Source: Azolla caroliniana (taxonomy: Eukaryota > Plantae > Polypodiophyta). Taken from it: a stretch of DNA of 64,000 nucleotides. The position numbers and the translations under genes are program-made. Positions 1 to 11,249 of the stretch are shown one piece after another (the first letter of the stretch is position 1; each line of letters opens with the position of its first letter). The stretch lies in NCBI GenBank assembly GCA_043228905.1, contig JBHGNT010000013.1:18600001-18664000 (forward strand). The letters are read 5' to 3'. The notes beneath the pieces were generated by a model. That model saw nothing but the letters and a program-made list of their open reading frames with translations, was not told the origin of the DNA and did not search any database.

Positions 1-963
1 CTCGGAGGGAACAACCACTGTGGTGGTTGATAAATCCATTTTACTTTGTCATCCACCATCTGCAGTATCGAAGAACCTCTCCATTTCAGAAGGAAACGAG
101 CTCTAGCTTCTTCACTCGCGTTCGAGGGCCATGGGTGCCACTTATCTCTTATTAGCATGCACCACTACCTTTTCCTTCAAGCATGCACTTGTTCTTTATT
201 TTGCAATGGGTGCCATGTTTCCAACAAAAAGTATGTAGACTTGTTCACATTTATCGCACGCTTCTTTATCAGCACTTATGTATTGTAGCTCATATTTCCC
301 CCTGTATTGCCTTTCGTGGGCATTAGATGCTCGACCCTTTTGTTTCAATGGTCAACTCTTACAATTTGAGATAATATTCTTCATCTTTTTTTCTTCTTTC
401 TAGTGGTCACCTTGACTAGAATCTCGACCTATTGTAAAACTTGAGTTTTTGGTACTTTTCTCCTTTTGAGCATGCCACTTCACAACAATTTGAAGGGATG
501 GGTGTTCGGCATTCCTTAGTCACAACGATGTAATGTTTATTACCATTGAAAAACTCTTCATTAATCTAACTCTAAATCTCTCATGAAGAACTAAGATTGA
601 AAATAAGTTACCCAATAGAATTAACTACATTTAGAAACTAAATGTAAAGAAATGACCCTAAAGGGTCAAATTGCATCGTTCTTCAATTAATAGTAATCCC
701 TTCTAACAAAAGTGCTTACGACCTTAAGATAGATGACATAACCTTTAAGCGAAGTTCATTATTGTAAGTTAACATTAGAAATTAATTAGAGAAAGAGAAA
801 AAAGATATCTAGATTAAGTGATGAGAAAGTGAATAAGAAGTTGTACCAAAATTATTTTGTGTCTGTCATAACCAACAAGGTACGAGGCATGAACATCAAA
901 TAGTGTATGTGTGTTAGTATTAAGAATTAGGTAAGTAATTAAGGGTTAATTAGTACCTAATTA

Positions 964-1363
964 TGTGAGTAGTTGATATGCGGAAGATTAAGTGATATGT
1001 GTGTGTGTATGCGTGTGAGAGGAAGAGAGAGAGAGAGGAAGTTAACACTTATAAACAACACAAGATGGGGGATGAGTAACTATATTAAATTAGCATTATC
1101 ATCATGAAATACAAAAATACCTACAATGAGGTATATATAAATCTCATGTGCAAGGGTGCACATGTGTGAGGATAATATAGGTACAAAAGTGTAAGTCCTA
1201 TATTAAATGTACTTAGGAGTGGAGGATCTAGAATATCCCACTTAAGTACAAGGTCCTATTTAAGGCATTATAGTCAACACTTCTAACTAGATTCTATCTA
1301 AGTAACTACGAAGTTACATGGTTGACTAACTAACTAAACTAAGTTGAGCTTGATCTCTCAACA
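964..1363 (-). repeat. 3' LTR of a minus-strand Copia element (400 bp), with PPT at 1364-1380 and a short 3' internal remnant to ~1486
   Basis: The reverse complement begins TGTTGAGAGATCAAGCTCAAC directly after TTGAGCTTGAGGGGGCG and ends CTTCCGCATATCAACTACTCACA. These match the termini of the other Copia LTRs in the window. Confidence 0.7.
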
Positions 1364-1570
1364 CGCCCCCTCAAGCTCAAGTGTGAGGCGTCCGACATCT
1401 GCTTTGGCTTTTGTTGGCTTTGTGTGCTTTCGTCCGGGCTTCGGCTTTCTTCGCCGTGGCAATCTCGATTCATCACCCTCAAGCCGGTGACGAAGGAGCA
1501 GGGACTTTTATACCGACACGGTATAATTGGGAAGCTAGTCAGATATATCGATGCCGACTAGGCTGGTGAT

Positions 1571-2059
1571 TGTTAACCGTTCTGCCGGAAACACCTTCGA
1601 TATGCCTACAAGCTATCGGTATCAAGGGAAGTGTAATCGTGAAGACTTGTGCACGGAGGTGTCGTTAGGGGAAGAACACGGAGAGCCTACCCGGAATAGA
1701 GCCCGGGTCGTATACGTAGTTGAGACCTTAGAAACGACGACACATAGTTGCAAACAACAAGAGCTAATAGATATGTATTACTGCAATAGTTAGCGAGGAT
1801 TACAAAAACATGGCCCACAGTCGGTAGCCTTACAAAGCTCTTATAACTATGAAACGACCTCGCCTAGGCTCCCGATATCTCTCTCCTGCCGAGGTACGCA
1901 GACCTCGGTTTATATACTTCTCTTCCTTCATACAGTGCCGAGCGGTCGGCTGACTGTGAGGCTCAAAACTCGGCGTTTTACCTAACTCTCCCTTACCTAC
2001 TCGCCTTACTTCTGGCGTATTACATTTAACTAATTTCTATTTTTGGCCTATGAACAACA
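1571..2059 (-). repeat. Gypsy 3' LTR
   Basis: Direct repeat of 16627-17115; TGTTAACC...AACAACA. Confidence 0.95.
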
Positions 2060-4196
2060 CCTGGCATGTCGTCGGACCCACAGTTCACCATGGATTTAAT
2101 AAAACCACATGAATTACAAAAAAATCGCCCATTCCTACGGGGCTTAGAGGTTGGTTTTATTCTTCTTCCAATATGCTGAGGATATCCTTGGGGGCGTGGG
2201 GTTGGGATGGCTTCCCGGCAGGTGGGGTTGGTGATGGAGGTGGTGTTGCCGAGTTGGGGATGGTGGTGTCGGCGTGTGTGCCCTCCTTTATTGGGACCGA
2301 TTTAGGCAGGGTCGGGGTTATAGTCTGTGGCTCCGGTGGGATGTGGCCGTCGGTAGGAGCAGGTTCCTCCGGTCTAACTGCCGTGGGGAGTGACTCGGTT
2401 CCTTGCTCGGTGTTTGTGGGAGCTATGTGACTCCCGGTAGCGAGTCGTTCCTCCTCATATGCTTCGGCTTCTAAACGAAACATCATTAGATCGTCGTTGA
2501 ATTCCTCAAAGAGTTGCTCGATGGCTGCGGTGTGGGATGTTGCCAAGGTATGATATTCTTCCGTTAAGTCCTCACGGAGGGTCTAGATGCTGGTGTCATC
2601 CACTTGTAAAACCCTCGGCCCTCCTTCCGTCGGTTCTCGGCATCCGTGCATAGTATGTGTAGGTCCGCGGCTTGGGCTAACCACTGTTGCCAAACATGGT
2701 CAAGCGTTTCTTTGATCTCCGTGGTGAATTGTTGGCGATACTTGTGGATTAGGGTCTTGATTTTGGTATCGTCCATGCCGATGCTCGCGCGGTGAACTTC
2801 TAGTGCCTCCCTTGCGCTTTGGCTTCTGCTTGGCTTTTGCGGGCGAAGAGGGCTAACGTAGCTTGATTATCTTTTGCTTTTTCCGTGATGAGCGCGATGG
2901 TCTACTCATAACGGTTGGTGAGCTGAGCTATAGTTTCGTCCCTTTCCAGTCGCCAGGTGTCCCGATGTTGTTCTTTGATGGCGATGTGCTCGGATTGCAA
3001 CTGGTGATATGCATCAGAAATTTTCACTTGTTGCTCCTCCGAGATCCTCCACTTCTGCATATGTTCGTTGGCCATGTCCTGGAAGGCTCGTTTATGACGA
3101 CGTAATTCCTGGTTGTCGGCGAAGAGCTCTTTTTCCCGTTGGCTATTCCGCTCGGTTTCTTTGATGAACCGTTCCTTAGCCTTAGTGATCGAGACTTGGA
3201 GGGTCATCACCTCTCGTTCTCGTGCTTCAAACGCGGCCGACCTTTCAACAAGCAATCGCTTGAGGTTTGCTTTGCGGCTCGCGGCTTGTTCTCGTTGCTG
3301 GCCAAGAATGTTGTTGTGATTCTGTTTGGCCATCTCGGCCAGCGCGATTTAGCCTGAAGCTCCCCCTAGTAGTCCCTATGGGGAGGCCTTGTCAGGGTTG
3401 CTGCTTGTTGGAGTTGGGCTGAGGACTCCTTGTCTATTTGTGTCGCTCGTTCCATGACTTCCGGAGGTGGTGGCGTTTGCGTTGAGGCTTGGCTGGTTTG
3501 GGGGTGCGGGCTGATATCTGCCCGTGACGATGGCTCACTTGTCTGTACTGAGTCTGTCATTGTGTTGGCCTCGGCCGTGGCTACCGTGGGGTGGGCGGTG
3601 TCGTCTTTGTGTGCTATGGTACATTCAGCACTCGGGCTCGGGTTCGGAAGAATGGCTGGTGAGACAGCTTCACTCGGCGCAGGGAGGGTTAAGAGCGGTT
3701 GTTGGTGCGTGAGTGTCGCCAATTTCTCCTCGGCGGCTTGCCATAGGTCGGTAGCCCGTTTGTCTTGCTGATGCGCCGTTTTGATACGTTGAGCCATATC
3801 CTTGGCTGCCCGAGTAGTGTGGTGTAGATTGCGATATGCCTCGACTAAGGCCATGTTCAGATCCGGTAGTTCCATGAGAAGCGAAACATTCTGTACTTGC
3901 TTCTTCTGTCCTATCTTTTGTAAGGCTTGATCCTCGTGTGGTTCGATTTCACCCATTAGTGTGCGTTTAATCATCTTTGTTTCAGCGTGCTCCTCAGCCA
4001 TACGAGCGGCGACAACTACTTGGGCGCACGCGAGGAAATCCATTAACTCGTAAGTTGTGCCCAGTCAAAGTAGGGCACTGAACTCGTATGCCTCCGCGGG
4101 GAGATCTTTGTACCCGAGGACTTCCTCCTCTAAAATCTGCGTGGTTTGGCCATGCTCAATTGTTCCGACTTGGAGCCATGACTCCGCTGGTACTAT

Positions 4197-7100
4197 TGTT
4201 GAGAGACAAGCTCAACATCGGCCGGATCGGCTGAAGAAGCCAAGGACCGGATCGGTTGGGACCGATCGGTTAGGCCGAGTGCGTAAACCAGGAGGTCGTT
4301 AGGAAAGATATTCCGTGAGGAATATATTTGGGAGTTAGTGTAGGAGCTCTTGATGAGCATTGAAGTACTGTCAGTACTTTAGTCAATCCTTCTAGGACTT
4401 GTATAAAAGTGTTCACTGAGCACGTCTTATGTACAAACTGAGTTTTATTATTGAATATAGTTTTCTGGTTTCCTCTCTCTGTCTCTCCCGCGTATACTGC
4501 GTAAGCTCAAGCTCTCCATTAAACCTGAGTTTCCTTCCTTCTGTTCGGTCTTCATACTTGCTTCCGCACGCTACATTTTACATGGTATCAGAGCGCGGGG
4601 GTTGAGAACCTCTCTGCAGCCGACATAGCTTGATGAAGAAGAACGAGAAGAACGATGGATAGAGGCATGGCGAGCTCGCTTCCAACAGAGAAGCTCGATA
4701 GAACCAACTACGCGTCTTGGTCTTACAAGATGCACCAGTACTTGCTCGGGCACGACTACTGGAGTTATGTCGAAGGAGCTAATGACGCGGCACCCGAATC
4801 GACACACAGAGACTTCCCGTCGTGGGAGCAATCGGCGAGCAGGGTATTGTACTGCTTCGCGTCGTGTGTGGGCGAACAACTATTGAGCTATGTTCGGGAT
4901 GCAAAGACACCGAAGGGTGCGTGGGAAAATCTGAAGAAGTTTTTCGCTGCGAGCACCACAGCCAGGAAGCTTCAGCTCCGACAGGAGTTGAGCAACCTAC
5001 GACAACGCGACTTGTCGGTGGCAGACTATACCTCGAAGATCAAGGATATCTGTGACTCCCTCGCCTCCATAGAGGTGAACATCGAGGAGAGCGAGATGGT
5101 CCAGATCTGTCTCGGAGGTTTGGCGTCGAAGTTTGGAGCGTTCCGAACGGCTGTGTGTACCCGGGAGAATACGCCGTCCTTTGACTTACAGTCAATGCTC
5201 CTGGTAGAGGAGAACCACGCGGGTGCGTCTACAAGCACGCACACCGACAACAAAATGTTGTACACGGAGGGAGATAGGCCCCGTGGACGTGGAGGACGAG
5301 GCGAGTCGGCACGCAATGGAGGCGTCCGACGAGATCAAGGAAGAAGGCATCGAAATGATGCCGACAGCAACTCCGGACCCTTCGGAAACAGGGGGAGTCA
5401 AAGCGATGAGAACCGGCAAGGGAAGTCCATCGCGGAGTGCTGGTACTGTGGCAAGAAAGGCCACAAGGAAAGTGAGCGCTGGAAGAAGCGCGCCGATTCG
5501 GAGAGAACTGGTTCCGGGAGCGGCTCCAGACATACCGACAAGGGAAATCGGCAGCGATCGCACTACGCCGAAGACTCCGGGAAAGTCGGAGAAGGGACTG
5601 CCTTCGTGACGAGACACGAAGCAAACTCAATGAAACAGACCACCCCGAGATCGGACGAGGTGTGGTACGTAGACTCCGGCGCGTCAAACCACATGACGAG
5701 CCATAAGGAGTGGTTCTCGTACCTTGAAAAACCGATACGACCTGGAGTAGTCGCAACTGGAGACGACACTCCGCATCCGATCGCGAATGTCAGAGAAGTT
5801 CCCCTTAGCCATGTCGGGCAGAAAGGGAAACTCATGAACGTGCTGCACGTCCCGACAATCACGAAAAACTTGGTCTCGGTCGGACAGATCGTCGACCAAG
5901 GGATGGAGGTTCGGTTTACACACCTCGGGTGCTTCATTGAGGAAGAAGGCCGTGTGATTGCGCAAGGGCGCAGAGACGGGAGGATGTTCATCCTCGACTC
6001 CACTAACGGCGGCACCGCAATGTTCGGGAAGGGACAAAAGACCAAGTCGGACATCGACTTGTGGCACAAGCGGATAGGCCACGTCAACCACCAACGGCTT
6101 CAAGATCTGCAATCGAAATAGGTAGTATTCGGATTGCCCAAATTTAGTGGCCGAAAGGCACAAATTTGTGAAGCCTGCCAGCTTGGGAAGCAACACCGAC
6201 TTCCTTTCCCAAACGAGCGAAATCGGAGCCGGAACAAGCTCGACCTAATACACTCCGATGTATGGGGGCCGGCACAAAACGTTAGTCTTGGCGGGAGCCG
6301 ATATTTCGTCTCCTTCATCGACAACCACACGCGGCACACGTGGATCTACCTCATTGAGAGGAAGAGCGAAGTCTTCGACTGTTTCCGGGACCTCAAAGGG
6401 TTCGTGGAAACGGAAACGGGACGAAAGATCAAGTGCCTGCGGTCGGATGGCGGGAAAGAGTACTTTTCCGGTCAATTCAACGGTTATCTACAACAAATGG
6501 GAATTCGGCGCGAATTCAGTTGTAGATACACGCCAGAGCAGAACGGCGTGGCCGAGAGGAAAAATCGGTCAGTTGTGGAAGCGGCACGGGCAATGTTGGA
6601 GGAGAAGAGCTTGCCCAAGTTCTATTGGGCCGAGGCGGTAAGGACCGCTGTATACATCCAGAACCGGATCGGAGACAAAGTGTCGGCGCAAGAGCTATAT
6701 TTCGGAACGAAGCCGAACTTGCGACACTTGAGGGTGTTCGGTAGCATTGCGTATGTGCATGTACCGAAGGGGAAAAGGAGGAAGCTGGACGCAAAGGCTG
6801 AGAAGTGCATCTTGGTCGGTTACTCGGACGAGCAGAAGGGTTATAAGTGCTATAATCCTCGCACCAAACAAGCGCGTGTCAGCTGCGACGTTGTGTTTGA
6901 CGAGTCCGCGTCCTGGTACCTGCCCCCGACTCGGAACCCCGACTCCAATACGAGTTCTGAGGATGAGGTCAGCGAGGCCGAGATGCCTCCGGATGAGCCC
7001 GAAATCGAGACCCGCGAAGAGAGTCCGATTTCACTCCGGTTAAGTGGACCGATTGGACGACTGAGTCGGTACGACCAGTCCGATGAAGAGCCGGCGAGTA

Positions 7101-9852
7101 GTGGAGACTTGGCCGTGCATTCCTCGCGCAGGAAGCCGAGGAGACGGCTTACGCGCAAAGAGAAAGGGAAGAAGAAGGTGTCGGATTCCGGCACGGAAAG
7201 GAACGGGTCAGACCGACGCGAGTCCGACTCCGAGGGGACCGGTGACAAGTCTTTAAAGATGAAGACCGTGTCGACCGAGAAGGCCTCGACATTGGCTAAT
7301 GTGAGATTACGCCAATCTACCCGCCAAAAGAACCCAGTCATGCGGTTCGGATACAACGAGTACATGGCGCATCATTATGCGTACATGACCCGTGTAGCGG
7401 AAGTGCGTGAGCTGGAGAGCTACGCAAAAGCGGTTAAAGACGCGAATTGGCGTGCCGTGATGGAGGAAGAGATGCACGCATTGGCGGAGAACGAGACCTG
7501 GGACCTGGTTGACGCACCAAAAGGGGTAAAACCGATCGGGTGTAGGTGGGTGTACAAGGTCAAGTACAACATCGATGGCTCGGTCAACCGGTACAAGGCT
7601 CGGCTGGTGGCAAAGGGCTACATGCAGAAACATGGCATTGACTACGATGAGACGTTTGCACTGGTCGCGAAAATGACAACCGTCTGAGTTTTGCTCGCAG
7701 TAGCTGCGGCCAAGGGGTGGCACTTACATCAGATGGATGTAAAGAATGCGTTCCTGCAAGGTGACCTTGAGGAAAAGGTGTACATGGTACAACCCCCCGG
7801 ATTTCACTCCGGAATGAACTCCTCGGCAGTATGCCAACTAAAGAAGTCCCTTTACGGACTGAAGCAAGCTCCGCGTGCCTGGAACGCAAAGATCACGCAA
7901 CAACTGCGTCGGATGGGCTTCGTCACGTCAAAATCAGACTCTTCCCTGTTCATCCGGAAAGGTAGATTCGGACCGGTTAGTATTTTACTATATGTTGATG
8001 ACTTGGTCATCACCGGCGCCGACCTACGAGAAATCGACCGCGTGAAGCTCCAACTTGCGGCATCGTTTGACATGAAGGATCTGGGGGACCTTCATTACTT
8101 CCTCGGGATCGAAGTGATCCGTACCCTCGAAGGCATATTGATCAGCCAACGTCATTACGTGCTGAGTATGCTCTTCAAACTCGGGATGGCCGACTGTAAG
8201 TCCGTCTTGACTCCTCTGGACAGAACCATCAAGCTTCGTCCCAATCCGGGAAAGGTATGCGACCCAACGAGGTTCCGACAAATTTTCGGAAGCCTCATAT
8301 ACTTGACCATCACCCGACCCGATCTCAGTTATCCGGTCGGGGTGATCAGTCAGTTCATGGCGCGACCTACCGAGGAACACCTTCAGTGTGCGCAATGCGT
8401 ACTGCGATACGTAAGTGGCACTAAGGACCGAGGACTGCTATATCGGACCGGTGCAACCACGCAATTAGTCGGCTACACCGATGCTGATTGGGCTGGCAAC
8501 ACCGCCGATCGCCGATCCATGTCCGGGTACGCGTTCTCCCTCGGGAGTGCCGCGATCGCGTGGAGCAGTAAGAAGCAGCCGACAGTTGCACTGTCGAGCA
8601 CCGAGGCTGAGTACCGAGGAGTGGCTGTCGCGACATGCGAAGCCATATGGTTGAAGCAGCTACTTAAGGACCTGCAAGTGGAGGTGTCAGATCCGACGAC
8701 GATCTACTGCGACAACCTCAGCAACATCCAGCTCGCGGAAAACCCCGTTTTCCACGCACGGACCAAGCACATTGAGGTGCACTACCATTTCGTCCGTGAG
8801 CGTGTCCTTTCCGGTGAAGTCGAACTTCAGTATGTTCTGACGGATCGGCAGACTACCGACATCTTCACCAAGCCTCTTGGTCTGGACAAGTTGTAGCAAT
8901 TCTCAGGTGCGCTCGGGTTGCGTCACCTTGACGTGCCGAACTTGAGGGGGAGAAAAGTCCCGAACGACCAAGCAAGGCAGCAGGAAAGGAGCGGACACTG
9001 CGACACCGAGTCGGTTGACAAGTTTGACATCGGATCGGCTGAAGAAGCCGAGGGCGGACCCGCGGAAAAGTTCGGAAGCAAACAAAAGGGGAGCAACCGA
9101 AGGAGAGAGCCGAAGCCAACCACGCATGGGGAAGATGACGCCATCGAAGGCGAGAAGACCGAAGACGAGTTGGAGACAGCCAACTCGGACGAGAGCGAAA
9201 ACTGATCGGAGGTAGTCGAGTCGGTTCGAATGTTTGATTCAGACACGCTGAATCAACCGAGGCCCAAGCGGAAGAAAAGGCAGTAGGAGAAGCGTCAACA
9301 CCACAACAACAGAAGAGCTGATAAGGGCCACATGAGCAGACAAGCCGACCGGAAGGGTCGAAGCGCACGGAGTCGAACAGGTCGAGGAGCGCGAGCGAGG
9401 CGAGAAGCTAGGAGGAACCGGTGCTGTGAAGATCCCGAAGAGCCTCAAGTTGAGCTTGAGGGGGAGTGTTGAGAGACAAGCTCAACATCGGCCGGATCGG
9501 CTGAAGAAGCCGAGGACCGGATCGGTTGGGACCGATTGGTTAGGCCGAGTGCGTAAACCGGGAGGTCGTTAGGAAAGATATTCCGTGAGGAATATATTTG
9601 GGAGTTAGTGTAGGAGCTCTTGATGAGCATTGAAGTACTGTCAGTACTTCGGTCAGTCCTTCTAGGACTTGTATAAAAGTGTTCACTAAGCACGTCTTAT
9701 GTACAGACTGAGTTTTATTATTGAATATAGTTTTCTGGTTTCCTCTCTCTGTCTCTTCCCCGTATACTGCGTAAGCTCAAGCTCTCCATTAAACCTGAGT
9801 TTCCTTCCTTCTGTTCGGTCTTCATACTTGCTTCCGCACGCTACTTTTTACA
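4197..9852 (+). mobile_element. Full-length Ty1/Copia LTR retrotransposon
   Basis: 386-bp LTRs at 4197-4582 and 9467-9852 (~11 differences). TSD ACTAT at 4192-4196 and 9853-9857. PBS TGGTATCAGAGC (tRNA-iMet) at 4583-4594. PPT TTGAGGGGGAG before 9467. Confidence 0.98.
4655..9205 (+). pseudogene. Copia gag-pol polyprotein, one reading frame with in-frame nonsense codons (6119, 7685, 8894)
   Basis: ORFs starting at 4655, 6134, 7691 and 8918 share a frame. Motifs: gag, CWYCGKKGH knuckle, WYVDSGAS protease, LWHKRIGH...C..C and IHSDVWGP integrase, YVDD RT, YTDADWAG / RTKHIEVHYHF RNase H. Confidence 0.95.
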
Positions 9853-11249
9853 ACTATGTCCATGGAGGGGGGGCTAGCCTCTTTTGATTTCTGCCGCTGG
9901 TCGCCTTCGGTTTCTGTGGTTGCCTCTCGAATGATACAACGTCTTTTTGGCGGCTGGTCCTGCGCGTCCGGGGCCGATGGTGTTGGCTCCTCAGCCTGTT
10001 TCCTCTTCTGCTGCCAGGTGGGGTGAGGCCAGAGGTGGAAGCGGGGTTCCAAACGCCTGAGGGAGGTGGAGAAGACGAGGAGGAGTCTTCCCATTCTTCC
10101 TGAGTTATCTCCAAAATCTGCCCACGTTGTTTCCGTGGTGATGGTGGAGAGATCAGGATGCAACGAGGGGAAACTGAAGGAGGTGGGTAGAGGACTGCAA
10201 GGAAGTGGTTGATCACAAGCAACAAATGCTTACCGGTTTGGAAGGATTCGAGCGCCGCACGGATTCCTTTGCCTGTGATGATTCCCCAGTCGATTTTGTT
10301 TCCCTCGTAAGCACTGATAATGATCGCCGCTTTGCTCTGTGGCATACTGGTAGGGTTGGTATGCACGAACGCGTACTCCATCAGGATGCGAGCGAGTTCC
10401 CTGAATGCCTTGTTGGATCCACCGTAGGTGCGGTAGGCTTTACCAGATATGGAATATGCACCAAAGTATTCCTTCAAGGTCGTGGAAGGGGGGATCTCGA
10501 CCTCATGATCACCTCCTCGTTTCAGGTCCAAGGCAACACGAATCATATTGTTGGTGACTGTGTCCGAGTGGATTTGTCGTGCGACCGCTTGGGCATCAGG
10601 GTGCGCAGGGGCATTGATCACCTTTAAATAACCACCCAATCCACGTTCCTGAAGCTAGGAGCGGGTTTCCTGTGAAGCTGCAAGAGGGATACTGGACTCG
10701 GGGTTCTATTGTGTGGAAGATTGGGGAAGGAGGATTCGACCAGGCCGAGACAGAGTGAGGGAAGGAGATGGTTGTGGTGCGGCAGCGGGGTTACGAGGGC
10801 AAGAGAGGGCTTGTGAGCAAGAGCGGTGGGAGCAATGAATGCGCTGAGAGCGAGAGGAAGCTTGAGAGTGTGGGAGCAATGAATGCTGGGTGTGCAAGAA
10901 AACGTCTATGTGTGAAGTGGGCTTGGGGTAATTGTTTTTTAGCGAACGCCTAGGGTTTTGTGCATGAAGAGGAGCCTAGAGATTCTTGGGCGTGGATGCC
11001 ATAATAGGATACTATGGCCACGTGTCCTAGGGAGTTAGTGCTTCGCCTTGGATGTTGTGCATGTGCCTTTAAATACTTAAGTGAATGTGAAAGTGACTAA
11101 TGTGTGCCTCTAACCTGACGTGATTTGGGTGAGATGGTAGGTGGTGTAGGTGGAACTAACTAATTGCTAAAACTAAGCCTAATCGTACCTAATGTCTCCT
11201 TCGTGTCCGTGTCTGTGCTGTGAGACTCGGCGAAAGGGTTGGCTGGGGT

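Larger units (their letters stand above)
2157..10800 (-). pseudogene. Extra 3' ORF of the Gypsy (segments ~9853-10800 and 2157-4196), interrupted by the Copia insertion
   Basis: Long same-sense ORF fragments lie between integrase and the 3' LTR. They encode a globular region (...AYEGNKIDWGIITG...), Pro/Thr-rich linkers and a coiled-coil segment (2902-3333). Confidence 0.7.

Noticed and set aside
1551-1793. Duplicated small ORFs (1551/16616, 31143/43682, 35025/38993)
   Set aside because: They are duplicated only because they lie in LTRs; no coding evidence.
2157-4196. Envelope gene
   Set aside because: No signal peptide or transmembrane stretch is visible; kept as an extra ORF of unknown function.
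6119-6121. Programmed stop read-through in the Copia polyprotein
   Set aside because: It falls inside the integrase zinc-binding region, and the paralogue near 44525 has a sense codon (QSKQVVFG); best explained as a C-to-T nonsense mutation.
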